Under the pieces are notes generated by a model. That model was given only the letters and a program-made list of their open reading frames with translations. It searched no databases and had not been told where the DNA came from. Below are positions 1 to 9,179 of a DNA stretch of 64,000 bases, one piece after another (position 1 is the first letter of the stretch; each line of letters opens with the position of its first letter). This DNA comes from a virus (lineage: Duplodnaviria; Caudoviricetes): IMG/VR virus record IMGVR_UViG_3300011423_000008, positions 7,760-71,759 of that record; one strand, given 5' to 3'. The position numbers and the translations under genes were made by a program.

Positions 1-70
1 ATGGATTGTTTGAATTAAAAGAAAAAATCGAGAAATTTAAAGAAACTAAAGATGTAAAAATTTTATTCGC

Positions 71-280
71 ATGAAAACTAATTTTCTAAACCGCACAAAA
101 AATCTCCAAAAAGCCAAAAAACTAATGGAAGCCCATTATAAATTGGTGCGCCCAAATGGTATTGATTGGGACGAGTTCAAGGGGGAAGTGGCTAATTTGA
201 GGCGCAAAGAAGGGCTAGAGCGGCTAGATCGGTTTGATGAGGAACTTTGGGGGCGAATTCAGGATTTGGTAAAGGAATAA
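71..280 (+). CDS. hypothetical early protein
   Basis: Tiling + strand ORF; no recognisable motif. Confidence 0.6.
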   Translation: MKTNFLNRTKNLQKAKKLMEAHYKLVRPNGIDWDEFKGEVANLRRKEGLERLDRFDEELWGRIQDLVKE

Positions 281-281
281 A

Positions 282-491
282 ATGACTCGTCAGGAACAAA
301 TTGATAAAGGAAAACTTTGGCAGGTTTATTTAAAAGCCAATGATCAAATTGTTTTTGAGTGTCGAAGCGAAACAGCGGCTCTTAATTTTATTAAAGAAAA
401 AGATGGTAGTTTAAGACTTTGGAAACGCGGGAAATCTGATTATAGTTTTGGAAAAGTAATTTGGGAGGAAAATGAAGACATTTGTAATTAA
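282..491 (+). CDS. hypothetical early protein
   Basis: Tiling ORF. Confidence 0.6.
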   Translation: MTRQEQIDKGKLWQVYLKANDQIVFECRSETAALNFIKEKDGSLRLWKRGKSDYSFGKVIWEENEDICN

Positions 492-795
492 TACTAATAA
501 TAATATTGGTTTTGCTTGGTATTTGTTAAATGTTCTAAAAAAACATCGCACTAATGATGCAAAAGGATGGCTGTATGCAGGGAGCTTGGTTGATCGACTG
601 GATAATTTCGAAACATTTAAAACAAAACATTGGCCTTTAATTGGGAAACAAACGTATTTGTTGATTAAACTGAATGCTACTGATTTTGTTTATGATGTTT
701 ATTCCGTGACAAAACCTTTTATATTTAGAAACCAAAATAATTTAAATAATCTGGCCGAATTACTAACTATTTTGGACGCAAAATGCAAAGAGTAA
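472..795 (+). CDS. hypothetical early protein
   Basis: Tiling ORF. Confidence 0.6.
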   Translation: MKTFVINTNNNIGFAWYLLNVLKKHRTNDAKGWLYAGSLVDRLDNFETFKTKHWPLIGKQTYLLIKLNATDFVYDVYSVTKPFIFRNQNNLNNLAELLTILDAKCKE

Positions 796-1097
796 GATGG
801 TCGGATAATATTCTAAGCGAGGGCTCTACTTGCATTCATGGATATTTTACCCGCGAGGATATTGATTTATTATTTAGTTTTGTTCCTGATGGTAGTTTGA
901 TTCATACTTTTTGTGATAGTAGATTATCCGTAGTGGGGCGCGGGATTAATGATTTAAAAGATTTGGACGTTTTAAATTGGAATGATAAATACGGAAAAAC
1001 AAAAGGATTTTATTTTAGTTTTGAAGAAAAAAAGGGCGAAGCCCTCCTTTCCTTTCTTAAGGAAAAATTTCCAATGGTAAGGGGCGAGGGGTGTTGA
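783..1097 (+). CDS. hypothetical early protein
   Basis: Tiling ORF; its TGA stop lies within the TTGACA box. Confidence 0.6.
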   Translation: MQRVRWSDNILSEGSTCIHGYFTREDIDLLFSFVPDGSLIHTFCDSRLSVVGRGINDLKDLDVLNWNDKYGKTKGFYFSFEEKKGEALLSFLKEKFPMVRGEGC

Positions 1098-1122
1098 CAA
1101 ACTGAGCGGGGTAGTGTTTAAT
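1094..1122 (+). promoter_or_regulatory. sigma70-type early promoter
   Basis: TTGACA-17-TTTAAT. Confidence 0.7.
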
Positions 1123-1128
1123 ACGATC

Positions 1129-1449
1129 ATGAGAACGGAAACCGAAATTAAAGCATGGCATGAGGGGGAAGGACACGCGCAAAGACACATGGCGAGCGAG
1201 ATTTATAGCAAATATCAGTACGATAAAATTGAGTATTTGAAAACTTTATTTCGCAAAGCTCATGCTTTATCTCAAGACCCGAATGTATCAATTTTAAATA
1301 GCGAAAAATGGAAAGCTTATGCCGAGGGATTGCGCCATGCTTTAAATTTAATTGATAATTTAGGAACGGCAGAAGAAGCTTACAAGGGCCAAATCAAAAA
1401 TTCTATGCCAATGGAAATAACCAAAGAAGATTTAAGTAAATATGGATAA
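1129..1449 (+). CDS. hypothetical early protein
   Basis: ATG 6 nt after the -10 box; the track start (1114) lies inside the promoter. Confidence 0.65.
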   Translation: MRTETEIKAWHEGEGHAQRHMASEIYSKYQYDKIEYLKTLFRKAHALSQDPNVSILNSEKWKAYAEGLRHALNLIDNLGTAEEAYKGQIKNSMPMEITKEDLSKYG

Positions 1450-1789
1450 AAAGAAGGATTTAATTTATACTTTCGAGGGGATTGAATTATGGAGTGTGCG
1501 GCAAGATTCATGGTGGATGACTGTTTATCAAATTATAAAAGATGGAGTTGTTTTAGAGGAAAGTTATAGATCAAATATTTTTGCGCCGGGATTGGAATTA
1601 TTCGAAAAATATACGGGTTTTGAGCGTGGGGGCCGGTTGAGTGATTTGGGGCCTTGGATGTATAAAAAGAATAATAGATATTATATGCCTGTTTCTATTG
1701 ATAAAACTAGTGTTTTTGGACCGCAAACATTTTTAGAAGTTAAAGTAAAAGAAGGATCGGGTGGTTATTTTACGATTGATAAAAGTTAA
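1442..1789 (+). CDS. hypothetical early protein
   Basis: Tiling ORF. Confidence 0.6.
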   Translation: MDKKKDLIYTFEGIELWSVRQDSWWMTVYQIIKDGVVLEESYRSNIFAPGLELFEKYTGFERGGRLSDLGPWMYKKNNRYYMPVSIDKTSVFGPQTFLEVKVKEGSGGYFTIDKS

Positions 1790-1801
1790 TAAATAAAAAA
1801 T

Positions 1802-2131
1802 ATGCAATATAATAAACAATGGTTTTTGGAGTTTTTTAAAAATATCCCGGATGATAAATGGGTTAGGGGCGTTTTAGAAACTCGGGCCGGATGTAAATGT
1901 ATGTTAGGGCATTTAGGATTAAAAGATTATGATTTTAATTCGATGGAACCCGAAGTAAGAGAGAGATTTAATGCTTTAATAAACCTTATTCACTGTAATG
2001 CTTATGATTGGGCACCAATTTATAGTATTAATGATAATATTGAAAATTGGGACTACGAAACTCAAGGAATACCCCCTTCCGAAGTGATTAAGCAAAATGT
2101 AATTAGTCACATTGAAAAATTGTCGGATTAA
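1802..2131 (+). CDS. hypothetical early protein
   Basis: Tiling ORF. Confidence 0.6.
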   Translation: MQYNKQWFLEFFKNIPDDKWVRGVLETRAGCKCMLGHLGLKDYDFNSMEPEVRERFNALINLIHCNAYDWAPIYSINDNIENWDYETQGIPPSEVIKQNVISHIEKLSD

Positions 2132-2480
2132 TTATGATTACTTATATATGGATAATATCATTACAGAATTAACAGAAAAAGAAGCGTGGCTTCGTATTGC
2201 GGAAGATTATCGTCGTTCTTACGATGTATATGAAAATAAATTTACAATTAGCGGAATTTGTTTGTTTTTAGATATGTTGAGTACTTCTGATTTGCTTTCT
2301 TATGAAACAAGACGGGTTATGATAAATAGACTTTATGATTATATGAGAAATAATAATTATGATGTTGATGATTATATTTGGCCGGTATCGCGAGATGGAA
2401 ATCATGAATTTCGTTTGCATCGGGCGGAATTAGCGGAACGGTTCGCCAAGGAGCTTGACAAAGCCAAGGATATAGCGTAG
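2112..2480 (+). CDS. hypothetical early protein
   Basis: Tiling ORF (ATG 2148 may be the true start); C-terminus reads through the promoter. Confidence 0.6.
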   Translation: MKNCRINYDYLYMDNIITELTEKEAWLRIAEDYRRSYDVYENKFTISGICLFLDMLSTSDLLSYETRRVMINRLYDYMRNNNYDVDDYIWPVSRDGNHEFRLHRAELAERFAKELDKAKDIA

Positions 2481-2483
2481 GAT
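2455..2483 (+). promoter_or_regulatory. sigma70-type early promoter
   Basis: TTGACA-17-TAGGAT. Confidence 0.75.
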
Positions 2484-2493
2484 TTAGACAGTT

Positions 2494-2582
2494 GATTGAG
2501 ATAGGGTTTTTAAGGGGTTGCTCGTTATAAATGTTCCGTGGCAACCGGACCTTATAACGCCTTTAGAAACCCGCTCTCAGTT
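2494..2582 (+). ncRNA. candidate structured RNA (long hairpin with pseudoknot)
   Basis: Nested stems GATTGAGA/TCTCAGTT, GGGTTTTTAAGG/CCTTTAGAAACCC, CGTTATAA/TTATAACG, TCCG/CGGA; loop GCAAC complements GTTGC. Confidence 0.5.
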
Positions 2583-2647
2583 AATAAATCGAGGCCCATA
2601 ATCCGGTTTGAGGCCCTGAACACCGGGATAAAAAATGAAAGTGGATT

Positions 2648-2884
2648 ATGAGCGTAGAACAAACAAGAGTATCGTGGATAAATGAATCGGAAGGAAATAG
2701 AAAATATAAAGTTCTTATTGAAAGAAATGGTGAGCCAGCATCGGCGGGAATTGTTTTCGCCAGAGATAAAAGGGCGGCTCTGACAAAAATTTCAATGAGA
2801 TTGTTTGACGAAGGATTTACCAAACTAACAATAAAAGAAGTAGAGTGGACACAATGTTGTCAGGTTAGTAATTGGGTTAGTTAA
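2648..2884 (+). CDS. hypothetical early protein
   Basis: ATG ORF. Confidence 0.6.
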   Translation: MSVEQTRVSWINESEGNRKYKVLIERNGEPASAGIVFARDKRAALTKISMRLFDEGFTKLTIKEVEWTQCCQVSNWVS

Positions 2885-2895
2885 TAAAAATTTAA

Positions 2896-3096
2896 CGCGC
2901 TGTAGCTCAGATGGTAGAGCACGATGTTATATCAGTAATGGTATAACATTCCCGAACAAAAGACAAAAAAGGATGAAACAAAAGTTAATAGAGGGTTCGA
3001 AACCGATATTAATTAGTAGTGGATTTGGATATTGTTTGGCGGACGGGGCACAAAACATGTGTGAGGTCGGTTGTTCGATTCAATCCGGCGCGACCA
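2896..3096 (+). ncRNA. oversized tRNA-like RNA (201 nt) with inserted domain
   Basis: Acceptor CGCGCTG/CGGCGCG + ACCA; D arm GCTC-AGATGGTA-GAGC; T arm GGTTG-TTCGATT-CAATC; about 147 nt between D and T arms. Confidence 0.8.
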
Positions 3097-3287
3097 TTTT
3101 AAATAATAATCTTATGTCTCGTTCAAAATTACCAGTTGAATTAAGGTGTTTAGATCGTCCCACTAGACGAAAAGTTAAACCCATTCCAGAAATAAGAAGA
3201 ACATCTTGGGAACGGTATAACGCACGAATGGCTAGAAGCAAAAATGCGTGGCAAAAAAGAAAATATTATAATTCGTTTCGATAATAT

Positions 3288-3521
3288 ATGTTTCATTTTT
3301 CTAAAGAACAAATCCACGAAGCCGGGGCGGATAAATTTGGTTCCGATTGGTTGTTTGCGAACGAAGCCGCCGTTAATATGGCTTCCAAACTTGGAATCTC
3401 TTACACAAGTCAAGAAAACAAACATTTAATTCCCGGTATTGTATTTGCGGTTTTGTTATACAAAGAAAACCAATTACAGAAAAAGAAAGATTATATTGAA
3501 AATTACGATCCTCCTGTATGA
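3288..3521 (+). CDS. hypothetical early protein
   Basis: Tiling ORF. Confidence 0.55.
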   Translation: MFHFSKEQIHEAGADKFGSDWLFANEAAVNMASKLGISYTSQENKHLIPGIVFAVLLYKENQLQKKKDYIENYDPPV

Positions 3522-3709
3522 TTGCTTTATTTTTTTATTTGAGCGGAGTAATAGGAGCGGCAACTATTTGTTTTCTTTTGTATTGTTTGGGAGGGCGGGG
3601 CTTGACTTTGTTAGAGCTTGGTTGTATGGTTGTTTGCGTGCTGCTTTGGCCTTTGGTTTTAATTGCTTGGGCGGCGAGAATGTTGATTATAATTATATTA
3701 ATGAAATGA
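3518..3709 (+). CDS. small membrane protein
   Basis: Two hydrophobic segments. Confidence 0.6.
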   Translation: MIALFFYLSGVIGAATICFLLYCLGGRGLTLLELGCMVVCVLLWPLVLIAWAARMLIIIILMK

Positions 3710-3891
3710 AAAACGAACCGCATCCTTCTCACGAAATGACAGAATGGGAAAGCACTATAGTTACTATTATTTCTACTTCTCGGTTTGGTAAGTTTAGAAA
3801 ATGTAAGAATTGCGGGGCGGAACAGGCCGAGACGGTGGCGGGAAAAGCGATGCACGAAGAATTGAAAAACCCCTGTTTACTTGAAAACTAA
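3706..3891 (+). CDS. small Cys/His-containing protein
   Basis: MKNEPHPSHEM... with CxxC; internal ATG of track ORF 3439..3891. Confidence 0.55.
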   Translation: MKNEPHPSHEMTEWESTIVTIISTSRFGKFRKCKNCGAEQAETVAGKAMHEELKNPCLLEN

Positions 3892-4312
3892 ACCATTTCA
3901 ACTAAGATGGAACGAACCATTAGGAAAGAAAGAATGTCCTTATGCCCGGAGATTTGTTTTATTAGTTTTTGATTTTGGTTTGAGACTTCATATTTGGAAA
4001 AGATCAGACGATAAAAGATATTTCCATAATCATCCTTGGGGATTTATTACTATAGTTTTATGGGGCAGATATACTGATGTAAGCAAAAACCCCGAGACGG
4101 GTAAAACAACAATAGATAAACTATCATTTTTATCCATTCGTTATCGTCCTGCGAGTCATCTTCACTATGTTGATGTTCCTGAGAGCGGGGCGGTAACGCT
4201 GGTTTTGAGCGGACGGCCCTTGACAAATTGGGGCTTTTGGGTTAATAACAAGATCATGCGCCCGTTACGATTTTTTAGTCGGTACGGGCATCCGGCTTGT
4301 AACGAACAATAA
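3881..4312 (+). CDS. cupin-fold protein (putative)
   Basis: Motifs LHIW...HNHPW...HLHYV typical of phage cupin-like proteins. Confidence 0.6.
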   Translation: MKTKPFQLRWNEPLGKKECPYARRFVLLVFDFGLRLHIWKRSDDKRYFHNHPWGFITIVLWGRYTDVSKNPETGKTTIDKLSFLSIRYRPASHLHYVDVPESGAVTLVLSGRPLTNWGFWVNNKIMRPLRFFSRYGHPACNEQ

Positions 4313-4320
4313 TAAATAAT

Positions 4321-4698
4321 ATGGGTTATCTTACTACAGTTATCTTGCATAATGACGCTCTAAGAACTTTCGAGGACAATCCTACGGAGTTCGCACAAGC
4401 TATTTTTAAAGGAATTGATCAGGCACAATACGGACACAGGGAAGTTTCTTGTTCTTGCGGGAATTATGCAAACTATATTCATGTTCATCCTTCTCGTCAT
4501 GCGGACGATGAGACTCTTTATTTGCATTGGGGAAATTCAGTAACTAATTTGGGCGCATATGATTTAGATTTTGTGGATTTGTGCCGTGATCGGCCAGCAA
4601 TTGCCGAACAATTAATTGAACGCGCCGAAATTCTATTAAAACAATCTAAAAAAGTTTATAACGAATTAAACAAAAGAAAAGTAAATGCAAAAAAATAG
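4321..4698 (+). CDS. hypothetical early protein
   Basis: Tiling ORF. Confidence 0.65.
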   Translation: MGYLTTVILHNDALRTFEDNPTEFAQAIFKGIDQAQYGHREVSCSCGNYANYIHVHPSRHADDETLYLHWGNSVTNLGAYDLDFVDLCRDRPAIAEQLIERAEILLKQSKKVYNELNKRKVNAKK

Positions 4699-4878
4699 AT
4701 TAATGTTGGTTTTTGCCGCTATTTGTCTCACTATTGAAGAAACGAATTGGGCTGATAGATCAGAAGATATTGATTTAATTGATACTACTTTATCAATACG
4801 GAAGATGCTCAAAAATAACCGAAGCAGAAATTAATGAAGTATCTAAAATGACTTTGGCTCAGATATTTGCAAAACTAA

Positions 4879-5559
4879 ATGAATAATATGATAATTACTC
4901 AAAAACTAGTAAATAAAATTAACAGTTTAATTAATAAAGGATTGACTCAGGGCTTGGGCAAACCAGAGCCGGGGCGCATGTGCGTTGAGGCGGCAATTTG
5001 CTATGCCTTGGGCGAGGAACACGGCGATAGCCCCTCTTGTGTAAGTCGGAGCGTATCAAGTTCTAAAATTGATTTAAACGATTGTAATTGGTCTAGTTCT
5101 AAAGCGCGGGGCGCGGGAATGCGTAAATTAGCCGTCGCGCAATTAGGAACAAAAGCATGGAGTTATGCTCAAAACTCTCAATTTGAATATTTGTTAAATG
5201 ATAATATTCAAGCTACTATTTATCCTTATTTGATCAAATATGCCACCGGAGTTTATCCTAAAGCCAAATTTTTACAAAAAGTAGGCAAATATAAAAATGT
5301 TGCGAACGTTGTGAAAATTAGCGCGGAAGATATTATTAATGATATTGACGAAACATATCCAAATAGAGATGTTTGGAGCGGAATTGAAGAAACAATGAGC
5401 TTGGGAAGTTATTTTGAATCCTTTGAAGTGATACCTAATGCGTCGGAATATAAGCAAATAGATGAAAAATATTTCGGGGACTCATTTCTTAAAAAATATG
5501 CGGCGGCGATTCTTTTAACTCTAAAACAAATGAAAGCGCCCGGAGTAAAATGGCTTTAA
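4879..5559 (+). CDS. hypothetical early protein
   Basis: 226 aa; motif CVEAAICYALGEEHGDSPSCV. Confidence 0.7.
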   Translation: MNNMIITQKLVNKINSLINKGLTQGLGKPEPGRMCVEAAICYALGEEHGDSPSCVSRSVSSSKIDLNDCNWSSSKARGAGMRKLAVAQLGTKAWSYAQNSQFEYLLNDNIQATIYPYLIKYATGVYPKAKFLQKVGKYKNVANVVKISAEDIINDIDETYPNRDVWSGIEETMSLGSYFESFEVIPNASEYKQIDEKYFGDSFLKKYAAAILLTLKQMKAPGVKWL

Positions 5560-5565
5560 TTAACA

Positions 5566-5781
5566 ATGAATAAATATAAAAATATGGAACTACCATCGCC
5601 CGAAATTAGATATATTATCTTTAGAAAAGACCCCGCGCAAAAAGAAATTATGGAAACTACTTCGTTTTTCTTCACCAAAGAAGAAGCTATAGCTTTTATT
5701 AATTATCGGGGCAAAAAAGATTATCCTAATAGTAATTTTATTATTGTGGAAGTAAAAGAGACGATTGTTTGGAGTGTCTAG
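5566..5781 (+). CDS. hypothetical early protein
   Basis: Tiling ORF. Confidence 0.6.
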   Translation: MNKYKNMELPSPEIRYIIFRKDPAQKEIMETTSFFFTKEEAIAFINYRGKKDYPNSNFIIVEVKETIVWSV

Positions 5782-5788
5782 GGGGGGC

Positions 5789-5816
5789 TTGACAACCCCG
5801 AGCGCTCATGTATAGT
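5789..5816 (+). promoter_or_regulatory. sigma70-type early promoter
   Basis: TTGACA-16-TATAGT. Confidence 0.75.
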
Positions 5817-5825
5817 AGAGCCAAC

Positions 5826-6179
5826 ATGAACGCGACATATCCGCTGGTTATAAAAATCCAAAAGCGCCACCTTGAAGAATTCGTGCAATGCGAGATGGGG
5901 GCGCATGAGGACGAAATGACTGGACCCTCAGAGTTTACGACCGCGACAATCCTAGAACGGCACGAAAACAAAATTGAATGTAAAAACGCAAAAGAAGCTG
6001 CTCAAATTTTTGAATGCACGCAATACGGAACTTTTCCGCAATTTCATGAAAACGTTGCCGGAAGAATTAATAATGAATTAAGGCAATACCAAGAAATTGT
6101 AGATATTTGGGCGGATTATAATAAAGAACAATGGCGGGCCTTGGAAGATGTAGTAAGCGAATCTAAACCAAAAGAATAA
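5826..6179 (+). CDS. hypothetical early protein
   Basis: ATG 9 nt after the -10 box. Confidence 0.65.
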   Translation: MNATYPLVIKIQKRHLEEFVQCEMGAHEDEMTGPSEFTTATILERHENKIECKNAKEAAQIFECTQYGTFPQFHENVAGRINNELRQYQEIVDIWADYNKEQWRALEDVVSESKPKE

Positions 6180-6180
6180 T

Positions 6181-6405
6181 ATGTTTCCCAAACCTACAAT
6201 TCATACCTGTTACGAAATCTTTTATAAATATAAGGATCAAGACATTTGGTTTGATATGACGGTGAGCGCGGCGTCAATCGAATCTACAATTAAAGATTTT
6301 GAAACTAATAAAAAATGGGAAAACGCGACCTTTAAAATTCTTCAGGTTACTACTATTAGTCAACAAATAATGGAATTTACTAATACCCCTTTAGATCAAC
6401 TATGA
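6181..6405 (+). CDS. hypothetical early protein
   Basis: Tiling ORF. Confidence 0.6.
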   Translation: MFPKPTIHTCYEIFYKYKDQDIWFDMTVSAASIESTIKDFETNKKWENATFKILQVTTISQQIMEFTNTPLDQL

Positions 6406-6587
6406 CAACTAAACAACAAGAAGCAAAAAAAATCCTTAATGTTTTAGAGAGCCAAAGGTTTGCTGATTTTTATGGCGAGGGCGGGGAATTTGATAATTAT
6501 GTGAGAATGGAATATCCTAAGGATCATCCTTCTCATATTAGTAAAGAAATGATTTTGGAAAAAATTGCGAGGATGTTTGATTTATGA
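6402..6587 (+). CDS. hypothetical early protein
   Basis: Tiling ORF, ATGA overlap. Confidence 0.6.
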   Translation: MTTKQQEAKKILNVLESQRFADFYGEGGEFDNYVRMEYPKDHPSHISKEMILEKIARMFDL

Positions 6588-6808
6588 ATACATTATTATT
6601 TATTATCGGCGCGGTGATTGGTTTATGTGGAGTTATTTTTCTTTGGTCTTGCCTTATGGCTTGGCCGGTTATGGTACTTTGGAATTGGGTCGGAGTAACA
6701 GTATTAGGATTAAATCAAATTACTTTTTGGCAAGCTTTAGGGTTATTGATTTTGTGTGGGATTTTGTTTAAAGGAAATAGTTCTTGTAACTGTAAGAAAA
6801 AGGATTAA
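6584..6808 (+). CDS. small membrane protein
   Basis: Hydrophobic segments; ITFWQALGLLIL. Confidence 0.65.
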   Translation: MNTLLFIIGAVIGLCGVIFLWSCLMAWPVMVLWNWVGVTVLGLNQITFWQALGLLILCGILFKGNSSCNCKKKD

Positions 6809-6811
6809 ACC

Positions 6812-7147
6812 ATGAAAGCTTTAGACGAATCAATTGCTCATTGGGAACGGATGCGAGATAACCCGCTAACGTGCGGAGAAAAACCAAACGCTATACATTG
6901 TTCCTTATGTGCTTCTTTTTTATATCCTGTAAAATTATCCAGTCAAGAATGTGATGGGTGCCCCGTTTATAAAAAAACCGGTGAGAAATATTGTGATAAT
7001 ACCCCTTATACTGAGGCCAGAGACGCCTTTTTTGAATTAAAAGAGTGCGCCGAGGCTGATGATAAAGAATTATTTAGTGATTTGTTTAATAGATGGCAAC
7101 GGTTGGCGCAAAAAGAAATAGATTTTTTACAAACATTGTATGTCTAA
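6812..7147 (+). CDS. Cys-rich hypothetical protein
   Basis: CSLC, CDGCP motifs. Confidence 0.65.
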   Translation: MKALDESIAHWERMRDNPLTCGEKPNAIHCSLCASFLYPVKLSSQECDGCPVYKKTGEKYCDNTPYTEARDAFFELKECAEADDKELFSDLFNRWQRLAQKEIDFLQTLYV

Positions 7148-7337
7148 ATTAGATAAATATACTTTTGTTTATTCTTCGGATGGTCATGTTTTTTATGATC
7201 ATGTGGAAATTGAAGATGTATCTGCTTTTGGTAAAATTCAATTACTAAAACAAATTATAAAAGATTTTCGCAGAGAAGATAAAAAAGTTAGTTATGTTTT
7301 TTATGGTCATATTTTCCCGGTTGATATAGGGACTTGA
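7140..7337 (+). CDS. hypothetical early protein
   Basis: TGA stop within TTGACA. Confidence 0.6.
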   Translation: MSKLDKYTFVYSSDGHVFYDHVEIEDVSAFGKIQLLKQIIKDFRREDKKVSYVFYGHIFPVDIGT

Positions 7338-7362
7338 CAAAGCCCCGTCATGGGTGTTTAAT
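7334..7362 (+). promoter_or_regulatory. sigma70-type early promoter
   Basis: TTGACA-17-TTTAAT. Confidence 0.7.
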
Positions 7363-7511
7363 GAGCGCATGAAAAAGAAACCTATCACAATAGATGAACA
7401 TTGCGGACAACCGCAAGGCTCATTCAAAAAGTTTCTAAAAGAAAAAGAAGATTTTCTAAAAAAACTAGAAGAAGATCGTAAAACAAGAATTCGGGCGGCG
7501 AGGAAAAATAA

Positions 7512-7790
7512 ATGAAAGCGCAAATTTTATCAGTCGAGCGAGATTGTGACGGGCAAATTGTTTTAAGATTATCTACGGGTGTAGATGCTTATTTGCCAAT
7601 TTATGATAAACAAAATGTTAGTTTAGTTAATCAACTAACTAATAGTTTGCGGGGCGCGGAATATAATGATTTCGCTTGTAATTGTAATGTTTGCACGCAA
7701 GATTGTCCGATGACGGATTATTCTTTCGGGCCGAACGAAGAAAGAACCGCTCAACATGAAATTAGATCGGCTAAACCGTGGGACGCTTGA
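7512..7790 (+). CDS. hypothetical early protein
   Basis: TGA stop within TTGACA. Confidence 0.6.
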   Translation: MKAQILSVERDCDGQIVLRLSTGVDAYLPIYDKQNVSLVNQLTNSLRGAEYNDFACNCNVCTQDCPMTDYSFGPNEERTAQHEIRSAKPWDA

Positions 7791-7815
7791 CAAAGATAAA
7801 GCCGTAGTATAGTAT
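7787..7815 (+). promoter_or_regulatory. sigma70-type early promoter
   Basis: TTGACA-17-TAGTAT. Confidence 0.75.
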
Positions 7816-7824
7816 AGCCACAAC

Positions 7825-8388
7825 ATGAAAAACAAATATTTTGCCATTGTTGAAGAAGTCGCCAAGTTGTTTCCCGGTTCAACCGTTAAGGAGGGTGGGA
7901 GTGATTGCGTCTTGAGTGGCACCATTATTATTAATAAAGAAACAAATTTCGGAATTCATTTTTATCAGCAACATAATGAAACTCGTTTGAAAATCTCGGG
8001 AACTTGGCCGAGTCTGAATTATAAAGATTTAAATGGAAAAGATAGTTATGAAGAATATCGACCCTATTCAGGGGAATATCCGGCGTCAATCACGGTTGCG
8101 GTTGATCGTGCGCCCGAAGCCATAGCCAAGGCGATTAAAAATCGGTATTTGACTGAATATACCGAAGCTTTTAACCAATGTTTGATTAGAAAACAAAACG
8201 CTTTGGAATTTTGGGAAAAGGCTCATGAATCTAAAAATCTTTTGGATAAGATCGGTCAGGTTGCGGGGGTTGATACCCGAATTTCGGGCAATAATGTAAA
8301 ATTGGAATTTTATTCTATTCCTGCCGCTATAGCGGTAGAGTTAATTAATAAATATAAAGAATTGTGTCCGCATGTGAAAGTTGATTAA
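7825..8388 (+). CDS. hypothetical early protein
   Basis: ATG 9 nt after the -10 box; 187 aa. Confidence 0.7.
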   Translation: MKNKYFAIVEEVAKLFPGSTVKEGGSDCVLSGTIIINKETNFGIHFYQQHNETRLKISGTWPSLNYKDLNGKDSYEEYRPYSGEYPASITVAVDRAPEAIAKAIKNRYLTEYTEAFNQCLIRKQNALEFWEKAHESKNLLDKIGQVAGVDTRISGNNVKLEFYSIPAAIAVELINKYKELCPHVKVD

Positions 8389-8662
8389 AAAAATTATGCA
8401 ATTATTTACTTTATTTTACGGAAAATCCAAAAAGCGAATGCATCCCATTATGGTAGATGAGCGGCATAAGTGCGAGAACTATCGTAAAGCGCGAGAGCAT
8501 ACGGTACAAGGATGGCATGACATTAAACCCGCCGAGGCTAACGCGAAAATATGGCGGAAAGGTTCTGCTACGGTTGGCGGGAATAAATGCGAATCGGTTC
8601 TAAGAGTGGGACGGGGGCCAAGCGGTTACATCGGAAAAAACGGTTTTAACGCGCATACTTAA
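8381..8662 (+). CDS. hypothetical early protein
   Basis: Tiling ORF. Confidence 0.6.
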   Translation: MIKKIMQLFTLFYGKSKKRMHPIMVDERHKCENYRKAREHTVQGWHDIKPAEANAKIWRKGSATVGGNKCESVLRVGRGPSGYIGKNGFNAHT

Positions 8663-8666
8663 AATT

Positions 8667-8981
8667 ATGACAAAGAAATTTGTTCCCGGTGATAATTATA
8701 TTCCTAAAGACAAACAATTTGCTTTTTGGAAATATGATCAGTTTCCTTATTGTTTGGGCGGGACGGTCACTAAAATATTAGATAATGGAAACGTAGAAAC
8801 TAAAGAATTTGGAGTAGGTTATTATTTTAAACCTTTTCTCTTGACCGATTTAAAAACCGGGCAGAATATTAAAACAAATTTAGGTTATTTAGAAGAAACC
8901 CGCCGCCAAACTTTAGAAACAATTAGTAAAGGATTTGATTTACAATTAAAGCAATTCATTCAATTGCCTCGGGGGTATTGA
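8667..8981 (+). CDS. hypothetical early protein
   Basis: TGA stop within TTGACA. Confidence 0.65.
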   Translation: MTKKFVPGDNYIPKDKQFAFWKYDQFPYCLGGTVTKILDNGNVETKEFGVGYYFKPFLLTDLKTGQNIKTNLGYLEETRRQTLETISKGFDLQLKQFIQLPRGY

Positions 8982-9005
8982 CAAGCGGGGCGGAACGTGT
9001 ATGAT
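8978..9005 (+). promoter_or_regulatory. sigma70-type early promoter
   Basis: TTGACA-16-TATGAT. Confidence 0.75.
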
Positions 9006-9179
9006 CGGTGCCAATGAAAACCTATATCTTGAATCTCAATCATCCTTGGTTGTGCCGTAGCTTCACGCGTGAGATTAGCGCGACTGACTCGCAAGACGCC
9101 ATTAATCAGTATAAGGCGAGCGCGGAGTATATCGACGGGCCGGATTGCACGTTTGGGGACGTTGTAGAAAAGAATTAAT

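Noticed and set aside
2896-3096. Intron-containing tRNA or tmRNA interpretation (also for 18974 and 48845)
   Set aside because: Flanking segments cannot be joined into a paired anticodon stem with a 7-nt loop; no group I core or BHB motif; D stems are retained and there is no tag ORF.
2973-3284. 103-aa ORF in the track
   Set aside because: Overlaps the tRNA-like RNA at 2896-3096; more likely a shadow frame, though a short ORF downstream of 3096 may exist.
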